Assembly (NCBI GenBank): GCA_043228905.1
Contig: JBHGNT010000008.1
Location: 8,556,030-8,620,000 of the forward strand
Source: Azolla caroliniana
Lineage: Eukaryota; Plantae; Polypodiophyta
DNA length: 63,971 bases
Reading direction: 5' to 3'
Position numbers and translations under genes: made by a program. This document shows positions 36,290 to 50,017 of the stretch, piece after piece. Numbering within the stretch: the stretch's first letter is position 1; every line of letters begins with the position of its first letter. The notes below the pieces were generated by a model that saw only the letters and a list, made by a program, of their open reading frames with translations, was not told the origin of the DNA and did not search any database.

Positions 36290-39164
36290 GTTCCGCACCT
36301 AACGGCTGGTTCCAACTTGTGGTATCAGAGCTTGGTGTTTTTGATTCTACATCCAGTCGCCCTTTGCTTCCAACAGAATCTCTTCCTTAGTATTCTCTCG
36401 AGATCTTTCTGTCAACTACATTCTGGTAGAACAGATTCTGAGATTTCAGTTAGCTGATATCTTCTGCTCAACAACTTCCACAAGCTCATCTTTTTTGCTT
36501 GAGAAGGAAAAAACACGGGTCTGCACTTAATTGTGTTAAATCACCTCTAGAGTAAGCCAATCGGCTGCTTTTTGTCTCTATGATTGTAACCGCTCGAAAT
36601 GAGATTGCAAATTTGACAGCCACACTCGTGTTCGATTCAGTTAGGTTACAATTTGATCAGGCCATTCGGCACTACTCACTTGCTTGTTGTAACCAACCAG
36701 ACTAGATTCGGCCCAAGAACAACCCCATCCATGCTTCACTCGACTAGACGATGTTTGGGAGAACCTGTTAGCTCCATCCCTCTCATCGTTGTAGTCACCC
36801 GAAGCAAGATTAGCCTGGATAATAAGCACAAATGACACATAATTTGTGATCGGTCCTTGATAGTAACAATCGAAATAGGATTGGTAGTTAACTATGCTCA
36901 ATTCGGCTAGGTGATATACAAAAAGACCATTCGGTTCTGTCCCTTCACTCATTGTAGCTATTCTGAGCAAGTTTAGTATCCAATTGCCATTCTAAATCCA
37001 ATTGACTAATAAATCGGTTTATTCTAGTCCAATTCGATTAGGCCAATCGGTTGTAGTCACTCCGGACGAACCTGATGATAGTCGAAGCTGACTCGGCTAG
37101 AACGAATTCAAGTGAGCCAGTTGGCTGCACCCAACCACTGCTCGTAGCCAACCCCGAACAGAGCCTCCCAAAACCGACACAGAATTGCATAAACATCCGG
37201 CCCATCAAAGATGAGTCTGAGGAAGCTCGAAGAATCGAACTTAATGTTCTGGAAGTAATAAATGCAAGATTACCTGATTTTCAAAGGTTAGATAGATCCG
37301 ATCGAATTAGAAAACCCTCCAATAGGGTACAAGCTGAATAAGTGGACAAAGTTAGATTGCATATTCCGGGCCACAATTCGGATGCACTTGTCGGAGTTAG
37401 TGTACATCACTAGGCAATTGTGTTCAACTAACTACCAAATATGAAGACACTCTTGGATACTTATGAAAAGAAGGTCGCCGCAACAAAGATATGTGGGAGA
37501 ATATGTGAGGACCTGCAAGAAGATGTGTACAACAAACAATACATATAGAATATAGATATGGAAGAAGGTAGAAGGTAAGGTAGACATGGTTTAGCTCTAA
37601 TAAAGGCTCTATTATTTTCTTCTAAAAGACTCTCTCTCTCTCTTATAATGTTACAATTGGGCCTATATATACAGAATCCCTAACTTTATGATGTTTCATA
37701 CTTAGGATACAAAGTGGAAGGAGTCAACCTTTGATGCCAACAAACTCCCATGTAAAAGGGCTACTCTTCCTATGTATACAAATAGTTGGGGTTATCTCCC
37801 CCATGAACCCAGATTACATGTCTAATCTATAATTACAAGTGTATACATACAAGTTTGTTCGCATTTGGCCGAATTAACAGATTTATAGTCTGAATCTAGC
37901 CTAATTCGGCTAGTCATCCGAATCGTATGTCGTCCGGGTTAGCTTGTTTGAGTCGATCGTATCAACTTGTTCGGATCGATTTTCATCCGAATCGGCTCAT
38001 TCGTTCGGATCGGTTCTTGCCCGATTTCAACTCTTGGCCTCTAGTCGATCGTCTGCTCCCACTGGTGTTTGCTCCTGTGCTCCTCGTTGGATCCTCGATT
38101 TGTCTTCGGTTTTGTTCATCCTCAATCGTCTCCTCTCAAGTCGGTATCCTCGCTTATTGATGCGTCTTCAGCCTCTCACTATTCCGATTCTTTGGACTTT
38201 GCCTTTTCAGCTCGTCTGATCATATCGGTCTTTGACTTTCCTTCTGTTATTGTTCGTTTGGCTTCTTTATGCTCGGTCGCTTGTCGTAGTCCTTGTTGGA
38301 ACCGACTGTCTTGTGTGGAACAATCTAAACACTCTTTGAGTTGAAGATCTTCAGTGAGTACAAACAAACAGATTGATAACAATAGACAACTGAAACAGGA
38401 GACCAGATCAACAATGGAACAAATGAAGAGAGACAATAGAGTAGGCACAAGCAAGATGTAACTATATTATTCTCAAAGAGTTACTATAGCACAATGTACA
38501 AAATTAACAACCAACCTTACACTAGGTTACAAGAGTAAGTTTAAATACCAACTGACTTAGGGCAACTGCCCTTTCAACAATTTACTGAAATAGCCTAAGC
38601 CTAGTGTGTCCAATGGAACAATGTGAATACAGCCATTATATACCCATATTTGATACTCCCCCATAATGGGTGTATACAACAAAAAACCTGTAATAAAAGA
38701 AATGAGCAAGAAATACAAATTTGTACGAGGTTGTCAAACAAGTTGACTTTGTTTGAGTTGGCAAAATCTGAGAACAAAAGACGAGTCGGTTGGGGTCGGA
38801 AGAGCTGAAGCTTAGCCTCAAACTATTGATGTTGATTGTCTGAAACCATCCTGAATGTCTGACTCAATCAGACCGATTCTTCATTACGCCAATTTGGTGC
38901 TGAAGGGATCAAAATTGATTCGTCGGAAGACACTTGGTCATCCCATCTGCGATATATTGGATGTAGGTATCTTCTAGAGACCGATTTTTCCTAAAATGAC
39001 GCATACCCGAACAAAGTGATATATCTCACATCATTGTGCTGAACTGGATTTTTTGACAAAGCGACAACACCTTGATTGTCATTGTAGACAACTGGAGCCA
39101 CGTCACTGTTGACTTGTCGAAACGTGTGTGTCAGCCGACCGAGCCATAAGGTCTCTTTTGCCGC

Positions 39165-42100
39165 TATCGTGGAGAAAACCGTCCCTAGGTGGAAACCGGG
39201 TATAACGTGCGTAAACCGGCCCTTACACATGGGCACAAGTTTTGTTGTGTAGTATGCGGATAGGTACAAGTCAGGTGAGGTGAAATCCTAGGTAGCACGC
39301 ATTCATTAGGAGAAAATCGAGGCGTATCCCTATTTGAAAGGACATGGAATAAACATGATGTAACGGGTGGTAACGGCCTCCCTCCTTGGGCTATAAAAGA
39401 GAGGGAGAGGTATTGTAAAAAAAGGGGGGGGGATCGCGTTTTGTGGAGGAAGAAGTGCTGCCGGATTGGAACCGAGCTCTTCTCCTCTGTCTTCTCCATA
39501 GCCGTTCTGTGCAGGTTTCAGGAGGCTGACTCCGCTTTGTGGAACACTTGAGTGCTTCCGGCAAAGTCTCCATCTCGTGTCGTGTGCATGGGTGCGTGTG
39601 TGTGGGCAGGCGTCAGAGCCTATCACTCGCCGGCTTGCCGGTTGTAACTCCTTAGTTTATTTATATATATACATTTCTTCTGTCTCCATTGTTCAGAGTT
39701 GGTTGCAACTCCTGTGAATCAGTGTGTCTGTGCGCGTGTGAAGTGCTTCGGTAGTTTCCTTCCCCTCTTCTCATTCAGTTATTTCTCGGTCCAAGGCCCC
39801 CGTGGTCCCGCCTCGTTCTCCACGCACGCACGTAACAATGCGACATATTTGGTGAACCCGATGTGAAGATGCGGCAGAGGAATAGAAAGATGAGAGGGTC
39901 GGATCTTTTAGAAGCCATGGCTTCGGCCGTGGATCGGATAGTGAGTGCGCGCGAAGGCACAGGCGGCCTCGATACGGCTATTGAAGCGGTCGTCAACACG
40001 ATAGGCTGGTTCGGTGGGAAGGACACCACAAGCTGTTTGGAGGCTTACCGAGCCGAAATGGTGATGAGGGACATCCCCGAGGATAGGCGACTGGCCGGAT
40101 TCCCACAGGTGGCGATGTTGGGCATCCACGTGGAGGTGCTTGAGGTACGGGCTGAGAGTCGGACCTGGGAAGAGTTTGAAGGTCCACTCCTTGAAAAATA
40201 CGGGCTTGATGACGCGCTTCGGCTATCGAAGCGGGAACTCATGGAATGGGTGGAGACCCCCGAAAAGGGGAGAAACGCGTCAGTGCTACTTCGGGAGTTT
40301 GAAGAACACTTCGCACGTCTTTCGGCACTGGACCAGACCGTACTGGACACAAGTCGTGTCCTATTGTTCGTTAAATCGGTGGACGTAAGAAATTGGGACC
40401 AAGTGGGCTTCCTGCTGGAGACCGATGCCGGCCTAACAACCGACTGGGCTGTAGTAAAGAGAGTTTGCGGTCGTTTTGACAAACGGCGTGAGTGGGTCGA
40501 TAAAGTCTTGACGGGGGCGGGTTCTATTGTGACAAGGAAGGTCGAGGTACCCCCATCGGCACGAAGGGAAGAGACCCGAGACTGGCTTGAGACCGGCTCG
40601 ACTTCGACCAACATGGTCAAAGGGACGTCCGGAGGAGCGGCTGTGGAGGAACTGACTCAGATGGTGAGGGACCTCCAAATTGCACAAGCACGGAGGGATG
40701 GCGGCGAACAAGTCCGTGACCGAAGGCCTCCGGTTGGGAACCGGTGCTTGTGGTGCAACGTGGTCGGCCATGCTCGAAAGGATTGGGGGGACTTCGCCGA
40801 AGCAATAAGAGCTAACGTGGTGTACCTATGGAATGGTCGGGTGCATGCTAGCGAGACCCGAAGGGCCCTGGATCTGAATGTTGGACGAGGGGGTATGAAA
40901 CGGCTGATGGAAGAAGCGGCGGCTCGCCACGCGGAGACCGTCCACTACTCGGTGTCGGTTGGAATTCGGGTCGGAATTGATGAAGTCTGGAAAACAAAGG
41001 AGTCTGGGTTCTGGCCGTTGATGTTGGAAGGCCGCGCCAACGTATGGCTAAGGAAAGAGGAAGTGGACCGCACGGAAAGATGGGTCTGGGAGGTAACCGG
41101 GTGGAGTGACCCAGTCGAAGAGAAGACGGGCTTCGTGGAAGCCGCGTGCCAGAACTACGAGGTTCTGGTGGAAGACAAGCGCGCGGGAAAGACCTTGGGG
41201 GGGGGGGGGGGGGCTGGGCCCTCACAACGTTATGAGACCCGGTTCTGGCCGAAGCAGAATGATGTCGGTGCATCCGGCGCACCGGACAAGGCCAAGAAGG
41301 CCGGTTATCGGTTGAGCACGGAGATTGAAAGAACCACGAACCTACGAAAGGTCCTGGGGGAACGGATCCTCGACATCAAAGTGGAGTTGTCGCTGAGGGA
41401 AGTGGTCGGTATCACCAAGAAGGAGTTCCACGACTCCATCGTAGACTTGGTGAAGCGGGGAAGGCTTTCGACGGAGCCGAAGCCGGAGAAGCCGGTAGAG
41501 GTGCGAACGACGCACCTAGAAGACATAGCCCTGGAGGATAAATTGGCGGAAAGCCACTACTCGAGGCTACATTGGGCTAGGGCCACTACAGAAACCCCTG
41601 TTTGGATCGGGGACATCCAGGAGCCGGTGGTGGCGTTGGTAGACCACGGTTCGGAGATCAACTTGATGTCCATTGGACTTCTACAAGAAGGGAATGTGGC
41701 CGAACAACACCAAGCACGAGTGGAAGATATGGGCAACAACGTGCGCCATGGAGGAGCTACACGAAGCCTGCCTGAATGTACGAGTGAAAATCCGTGATGT
41801 CGAGATCGATCAACACTTCTTCGTGCAGGAGATGTCCTCGTATCCGATGATACTCGGAGAACCGTACATCACGGTGGCACGCATGGAGACAAAGGTGTTG
41901 GACAATGGTTCGGTATATGCACGAGTTAAGAGCTAGGATGGACAAGTTAACACCTGTACCATAGGTAGGAAATTTTTGTTCTCCGATAGCGGAGGTTGTA
42001 CGATAACCGGAGAAGGAACGACTTCGGGCATGCGGAGTCCTCGGCCTTGAAGAGGAAATCAACGAAGCCGTGGAGGCGGTCTCTTTTGACGACACCTTAG

Positions 42101-45100
42101 GGAAGTTACGGGAGGTGCTCGGAGAATGCCTTAATGAGGACCAGACGATTCCGGTATGTTCGGAAGAGTTGTACGAAGTCATTGCCGACTTCGGTAATGG
42201 ACTCGAGTTGAATTGGACGGTCCGAGTGGATACGAAGTACAAGACTGTGGACCGGAAGGTCAGGCCAGTCGCAGCACCTTGCCGGAGGGCAGCGAGTTAC
42301 GGATAAAGGAGGTTGCGTCGGACCCAAGTTTACGAGATCCGGCCAGCATAGGACACACGTTCTCCGACATAACGCTGCGGGAGCTCAAGATCGGTGTGGG
42401 TGGCTTCCTACTGCCGGCAGAAGAGGACCGGTTTCGGAGAATGCTCGGGAGGCACGGGAAGGCTTTCGCATTTTCGCCGGAGGAGAACGGGTGCGTAGAC
42501 CCAACGGTTGTGGAACCAATGGTGATCTTCACGGTACCGCATGTGCTGTGGAATCTCAAACCGATTATGGTACCCAGAGCTCACATCCCGAAGTTGATGG
42601 AGCTGCTGAAACAGAAGGTGGAGATGGGCATCCTCGAGCCGTTGAGTGCCCCATACTTGAATCGGTGGTTTACCGTGCCAAAGAAGAACGGCACGTTGCG
42701 CTTTATTCAAGACCTGTAGCCGGTTAACAAGGCGACCATTCAGAATGCAGGAATCAGACTGACCATAGACGAGTTCGCGGAGGCCTTCGCCGGAAGGTCG
42801 ATTTACTTAGTCGGTGATCTGTACTTAGGGTACGATCAGTTCCAACTAGCCGTAGAGAGCAAGAATGTCACGACGATGCGGGCTCCTCTCGGCCTAGTTC
42901 GGATGTGTACCTTACCGCAAGGGGGAACTAACTCGGTGGTGCACATGGTGAATGCGATGAACAAGGTGTTGGGGGACTGCATCCGGGACATCACCATGCC
43001 GTTTTTGGACGAAATCCCGATCAAAGGATGTCCGGTGGAGGCCAAGGACGAGTCGATCGGGCCCGACGGTTGTCGGAGGTTTGCCACAGATCACATCTGC
43101 GATTGCGAGAAGGTGCTACAAAGACTCGGGAGACTGCGACTCCCTTTCTCTGGAGAAAAAATCAGCCTTCGGACAGCCGGAGATCCTGGTAGTCGGACAC
43201 CTGTGCGGACCTTACGGTCGGAAGCCGTCCCCGGCAAAGGTAGAAGCCATCTCCGCGATGAAGGATGATTGTGGGTCGGTCAAGGAGGTCTGAAGGATCC
43301 TGGGGGCATGTGTTCTACCACATCTAGATTCCACACTATGCGCATGTCACGGAACCACTTTACGGGTTGTTGAAGAAAGGGCGTAAATTCGAGTGGAGAG
43401 ACGAGCACATGGAGTCGGTCCGGAGACTGAAGGAGGTGCTCGCCGTGGTACCGGTTGTCCGGAAAGCAGTTTACGGCAAGGAAGTTCCCATTTACGTGAT
43501 GGTAGACATGAGCCCCATCGGGATCGGGTGGGTGATTAATTAGGAAGATGAAGACGGCGTACAGTTCCCGATCCAGTTCGGGGCAAAGGTATTGAGTGAG
43601 CGGCAGCAAGCATAAGCCCAAATCAAGCACGAGCTATGGGGTATCGTTTCGGCAGTCAAGGCCGACAAAGACTATCTGATCGGAACGGGAGTGATCATCG
43701 AGACGGATTGCCTACCGATTCTGGGTATGGTTTCTGGATGTGCGACTCCGGACCTGGCGATGCTCAGGTGGATCACATACATCAAGTCCCTGAACCCGGA
43801 GATACGGCACATCTCCGGAAAGGATAACACCATGGCCGATATGCTTTCAAGGGCGCGGTTCAGCGATGAGGACGACATGGTTTCGGATAACGAAGAAGTC
43901 GGTGAGGACTTCTTCGGGTCAGCTAACTTGGCAACTGGGACGAGGAGCACTCCGGCGCTTAACGAATTCGATGAGAGCAAGTACGATGGGGAGTGGCTCC
44001 AGATCGGCGGGTTCCTAAAGACAATGACACCGGACATGGCGTGGACGAAGGAATAGACCAACCAGATTCGGAAGAAAGTGTACCGATTCTTCCTACGGGA
44101 CGGGAGCATATGGAAACACCCGAAGAAGAGAAACGGCATCCCGCTCTGAGTGGTGGCGAAGAAAGAGGAACAGGAAGAATTTCTGACGGCATACCAGGAG
44201 AGTCCCTGGGCCGGACACCGCGGGACGTGGGACACATTCGAGAAGCTAAAGGGGAAGTACTGGTGGTCGGGACTATACAGGGACGTGCATCGGTTCGTGA
44301 CGACTTGCGAAAACTGTCAGGTACACTCCACAATCCGGCATCGGGACGAGCTTCACTTGACCTACCCTCTGACCGTCCACTTCAAGTGGATGGTGGATCT
44401 AGTGACGATGCTGATGGGGGTAGGGCAGATGCTGATGGTGGATCTGTTGACGATGTTGATGGGGGTAGGGCAGATGCTGACCTACCCTCCGACCGTCCAC
44501 TTCAAGTGGATGGTGGATCTGGTGAGGATGCTGATGGCTCGGGAGGACCTAGCTGAGCGTTGCAAAACAAAACGACCACGGCCGTGTGCCGATTTTTGAT
44601 CGAAGAAGTGGTATGCCGGTACGGGTGTGTAGGTAAGATCGTGGCCGACCGCGAAGAATTGGACGTGCAAGAGGCGGAAGAGTTGTTTGACCGGCTAGGG
44701 ATTAAACTCTCACTCACCACAACGTACAATTCGGAGGCTAATGGGAAGGTGGAACATAGAGACGGGCCGATCGTCAAAGCGTTAGTACGGGCGTGTGGAG
44801 GCCAAGTTGGGAACTGGCCGCGGCTCTTACCCTATGCGTTGTGGGCGAACCGAACTATGCACAGTTCGGTAACCGGGTTCATGCCGGTAGAGCTAATGTA
44901 CGGGAAGAAGCCGATCATGCCAACGGAGCAGACAATCTCATATTGGGCCACGGTGGACTGGAAAGACGAGATGAGCCCGGAGGAGGTGTTAGCGGCACGG
45001 ATTCGGCAGCTAGAGCGAAGACCGGAGGACATGAACCGAGCTGCGGAGAAGCTACGGGTGGCGAGGGTAAAGAACAAAGGACGGTTCGACCGGGCTCACC

Positions 45101-46163
45101 GACTGAGACCGAAGAAGATCAAGGAAGGCGACTGGGTTCTAGTGTATGACAACAGCCTCGACAACCAGCACAGGGCAATGCGGAAGTTTGCAGGAAGGTG
45201 GTTAGGGCCTTATGTGGTGACAAGCGCCAACGACAATGGGACCTACCATCTCGTGGAGCTCGACGGGACAAGGATGGCGGTACTGGTGGCGGGGAAAAGG
45301 ATCAAAGCATTCAAAAGGCGGCATGAGGCTGAACCGGACCCAGTCGACCTGGACAACGACAACGACTGGCTCGGAATGGATGTCGATCCGGAAGACGAAG
45401 GATAAGCGTGGGCCGGTCTTCTAAGGCAAGAGTCTAATTTTGGCGCATACCGGTGGATGCACGGTTAGGTGGGGGCGGATATTGTGGAGAAAACCGTCCC
45501 TAGGTGGAAACCAAGTGTAACATGCGTAAACCGGCCCTTACATGTGGGCACAAGTTTTGTTGTATAGTATGCGGATAGGTACAAGTCAGGTGAGGTGAAA
45601 TCCTAGGTAGCATGCATTCATTAGGAGAAAATCGAGGCATATCCCTATCCGAAAGGACATGGAATAAACATGATGTAACGGGTGGTAACAACCTCCCTCC
45701 TTGGGTTATAAAAGAGAGGGAGAGGTATTGTAGAAAAAGGGGGGGGATCGTGTTTTGTGGAGGACGAAGTTCTGCCGGACTGGAACCGAGCTTTTCTCCT
45801 CCGTCTTCTCCATAGCCATTCTATGCAGGTTTTGGGAGGCTGACTCTGCTCCGCGGAACGCCCGAGTGCTTCCGCCAGAGTCTCCATCTCGCGTCGTGTG
45901 TGTGTGTGTGTGTTTGTGTGTGGGCAGGTGTCAGAGCCTATCACTCGCCGGCCTGCCGGTTGTAACTCCTTGGTTTATTTATATATATACATTTGCTCTG
46001 TCTCCATTGTTCAGAGTTGGTTGCAACTCCTGTGAATCGGTGTGTCTGCGCATGTGTGAAGTGCTTCGGTAGTTTCCTTCCCCTCTTCTCATTCGGTTAT
46101 TTCTTGGTCCAAGGCCATCGTGCTCCCGCCTCGTTCTCCACGCACGCGCATAACAACGCAACA
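39165..46163 (+). mobile_element. Full-length Ty3/gypsy F: LTRs 39165-39845 and 45480-46163, tRNA-Trp PBS 39850-39867, 4-bp TSD CCGC
   Basis: LTR pair; TGGTGAACCCGATGTGAA; PPT GGTGGGGGCGGA; removing F plus 4 bp restores host frame AMSDAAKETLW. Confidence 0.93.
39869..45405 (+). pseudogene. F gag-pol (Gag-PR-RT-RH-INT), disrupted
   Basis: CLWC...GH knuckle; ALVDHGSE protease; LPQG.TNS and FLD(E) RT; IIETDC/ADMLSR RNase H; GHRG..C..C, NGKVE and GPY integrase. Confidence 0.92.
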
Positions 46164-49100
46164 CCGCGTCAGACATGGCGACATATTCGACCTTGGTCAT
46201 TGATGTAGCATTGCACTCTTGCAATTTCGACTTCCACGAAACTGCCTCATTGCCACATTTGAAGCAGTATCCGATTGTTGGCTTTCAACTGTCCATGCAG
46301 CCAGCAAAATCCAAGTTGGTATAACCGACTACGCCATAGTCTTTTGTGTGCACCAGATATCTAAAGACATGCTTTACTATGTTCTAATGCAATTGATAGG
46401 GATTGCCAGTAAATCTACTGACAAATCGTATAACATGAGCAATGTCAGGCCCTGTCACGATCATCATGTACATCAAGGAGCCGATTGCTGGCGCATACGG
46501 TACTGACTTCATAATTTCCCCCACCGAACCAGATGTCAGACAGTTTCATTGAGATAACTGAAGACTAATTGGGAGCAGGGTCGAAGCAGATCTGGCCGAT
46601 TGCATGTTGAAGCGTTCTAAGACACGTCTAGTATAGTTGGCTTGAGGCAAGAACACTTGTCTTTTATTCGAAACCCAACTTATCTTTATCCTTAAAATGT
46701 GTCTCGCCGGACCGAGGTCCTTCTTGGAGAACTGAAACCGTAGTTGCCGAACGAGTTCGACAAGCTCTCGAACATGTTGTCCGGAGAGTAGCATGCCGTC
46801 CACATGGATAATGAGGAGGATGGCTGAACCATCTTGAGCTATTTTGGTGAAGAGGAAGTGTTCCTTAACGCTCTTGAAGAACCCGATTGATTGGATGAAG
46901 TCGTCGAACTTCTTGTACCACTGTCTCGGTGCTTATTTCAGGCCGTATAGACTCTTCCTGAGACGACAGACTAGACGTTCCTGGCCGGATAGCACAAAGC
47001 CTTTCGCCTACTCCATATAAATTTCGTCCTCTAAGTCACCATGGTGGAAAGCCATTTTGACATTTAGTTGAATTAGCTCCAAATTCTCGGTTGTCACAAT
47101 GCCAAGCATAAAGCGAAGGGTTGTCATTTTCACCACTGGTGAAAAGATTTGGTTGAAATCAACACCATATTCTTGTCAAATCCCTTTTACTACTAGTATG
47201 GCCTTGAATTTTGGCATGGTCGAATCAGATGTCTCTTTTAGTCTATAGACCTACTTGCATGAAAGAGCACGTCGATTCTTCAGTAATTTGACAAAGTCAC
47301 AAGTATGATTTTGCTAAATAGAGTTCATTTCCGACTCCATTGCTAGATGTCATGTGGCCGAATCGGCTGATGCCAATGCTTCTTCGTATGCCATCGGTCC
47401 GCTGGCATCCGTGAAGAAGACTCCAAGAGAATACCTCTTCGGGGGCTGCAACAGTCTCTCAGATCTTTGAGGTAAGATTGGGCTAGTCCCATCGGGTGTT
47501 TGAGTCGGATGGTCCAAAGCCAAATCATTCGATTGTGCTTAATTGGTCGGTGCAGAGTCAGTGCTAGAGGATTTGGCTACTCGTGAAGCCGACCTCATGT
47601 TATGGGTTGGGCCGCCATGAAGGGCTGGCACTTCAGAGAAAGTTACCCTTCGGACTTTAGTAGGCCTTTTGGCCATCTTATGCATAGTCGACTCATGGAA
47701 CACCACGTTCGAAGTTTGGATGATCAGTCTGTGCTCGGGGTCCCAGAGTTAGTATCCGATATCACCATCTTGTCCATAACCAATGAACATGCATTTCTTG
47801 GACCTTGATTCAAGTTTTCGGCGATCGTCCTTCAGTATGAGGGTGTATGCCTCACATTCGAAAATCCTCGAATTGTTGCAAGTCGGCTTACTGTTGTTCC
47901 ATAATTCCTAAGGTAATCGAAGTCCACGAGGCCTATTAGGTGACATATTGATTATGTGTACTGCTATAAGTAGGGCCTCAGCCTAGAAGTAATCCGACAA
48001 TCCGGAGTTTTGGAGCATCAATACTATCAGTTCTTGAATTGTCCGATTCATCCACTTGGGAATTCCATTATGCTCTGAACTATATGGTGTTGTGTATTCA
48101 TGTCTGATGCCACGCCGCCGACAAAATCTAACGAATTCTTCGAACTTAAATTCTCCCATGTTGTTAGTCTAAAGGTATTTCAGATTTCTACTGGACCGAT
48201 TTTCGACCATTGTGAGCCATTCTTGGAAGATTGAGAGCACCTGATCTTTGGTTTTGGCCAGATATGTCCACACCTTTCCGGTCGAGTTGTCAATGAAGTT
48301 GACGAAATAGAAGGCACCATCGAGAGACTGATGTGACATAGGGCCATAGACGTCTGAGTGGACCAGATCGAGCGGGCTTGATTCTCTCGGTGTGGTCATA
48401 GGGTGTGAGGTTGTGGCTTGTTTGCCATTTTGGCAATGCTCGCAGAATTGGTGATCTGAGACGTAGAGTTTGGGGATATATCGACCTTTGGATAAATGCA
48501 TTATGTCAGCCTTGCTGAGGTGTCCGAATCATTCGTGCTATAGTGATGACATAGGGACATCAACCAAGAACAAGTCACCCTCTCTGAGTGTAACATATAA
48601 CGGGTAAAATGAATGTACTTTTGGTCCTCAAGCAAGTAGGAGGTTCCCCCTATGGAGTATCCACCCTCCTAATGAGAAACCGACACAGATGTTGTCTTCG
48701 TCAAGTTGTCTGACTGGGATCAACGCTCCTGAGAGCTCAGGTATGTACATGTCGGACATTGTATAATACAAGTGTAGAGCCACCTGGAAGGTTGAGCTCT
48801 ACAGTGCCAATTCTGATTATGACATAATGCTGTGAATTTCCGACTCGAACTGAGTTGGAATGTTGGGCCGAGTATTGCTGAAATTGGGATCAATGAGGGG
48901 TCATGAATCCAAGAGGCATGTGCTCGATTCCTCAGTCATAAGCATAACTTTTGATTCGCTTGACTTTTCTATGAAAAGGATATTCAGGTTGTCCATCAAT
49001 ACTTCGCTTGAAGAGCTGATGTAGTTGACCTCTTCATGCCAACCACCCTTCGGATTAGCCCGTTGAGCTTTATCATTCTTAGCTTTAAGGGCGCGACCAT

Positions 49101-49308
49101 CAGCCTTGATGTGTTTGAGTTTTTTGCAATAGTTGCAGATTTGATTGTCCTAGGACTTGCTTTGGCTTCACTGATTTGTCGGCGGTTGGGAAGAACTTCT
49201 CCCACGACTGTTCAGTCGGTTGTTTGAACCTTGTACTACATAAGCGTTGTTGGCTGAATCGTTTACAAACAATTTCCTCCAAGCTGCTTCGATTAGGATT
49301 GAGCTCGT

Positions 49309-49511
49309 TGTCGAATACGAGTGTATAATGGCCGTATTAACACTGTCCCTTTGGACAACCCAAGTTTGGGCCATTTCTATAAATAGCATAAAGGGCAATT
49401 GCCCTTGGACAGTCACTATATAAAGTGACTTTGTAACCTTTAGTTGTTGTTGTTGGCTATCATTCTTTTGTAACTGTTGCTATTGGAATATAACGACTTG
49501 TTTTGTGCCTA

Positions 49512-49553
<42 letters not shown>

Positions 49554-50017
49554 TATCTTGCTTATGCGCATACGCAGGTTCTGCATCATCATAGAATGTT
49601 GCTTGCACTTCCACATTGATGGCCTTGTCCCCAACATTTGGTATCAGAGCGTTGGAGGTTCTTCAACGCGTTGCCGACCGTCATAGTACACCACACAACA
49701 TTCTGTTTTTGTAACCTCATGAAGAACAGAGAAGAGAGAAGAAAAACCTTTGGACAACCCAAGTTTGGGCCATTTCTATAAATAGCATAAAGGGCAGTCG
49801 CCCTAGGACAGTCACTATATAAAGTGACTTTGTAACCTTTAGTTGTTGTTGTTGGCTGTCATTCTTTTGTAACTGTTGCTATTGGAATATAACGACTTGT
49901 TTTGTGCCTATCTCTCTCTCTCTCTGTGTGTGTCTATCTTGCTTATGCGCATACACAGGTTCTGCTTCATCACAGAATGTTGCTTGCACTTCCGCATTGA
50001 TGGCCTTGTCCCCAACA
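49309..50017 (+). mobile_element. G: C-family copia internal-deletion derivative (LTR 49309-49636, PBS 49639-49650, ~110 bp internal, 5'-truncated LTR 49747-50017), TSD CTCGT
   Basis: Two LTR copies; perfect TSD at 49304-49308 and 50018-50022; host gag frame SEVTS-SILIEA restored on removal. Confidence 0.9.

Larger units (their letters stand above)
30312..37491 (+). mobile_element. 5' part of copia C: LTR 30312-30673, PBS 30676-30687, long 5' UTR, decayed gag start (~37190-37491); interrupted by B2 and D
   Basis: TGTTG..CAACA LTR; TGGTATCAGAGC; gag KWTKLD..RATIRMHLSE homologous to C' 50230-50420. Confidence 0.85.

Noticed and set aside
41197-41213. Poly-G run as a programmed frameshift or G-quadruplex signal
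   Set aside because: Homopolymer length is unreliable and the frame is open through it.
49309-50017. Bona fide TRIM
   Set aside because: The 3' LTR lacks its first ~39 bp while the 5' LTR is complete, so this form was not replicated as such; best explained as a deletion.
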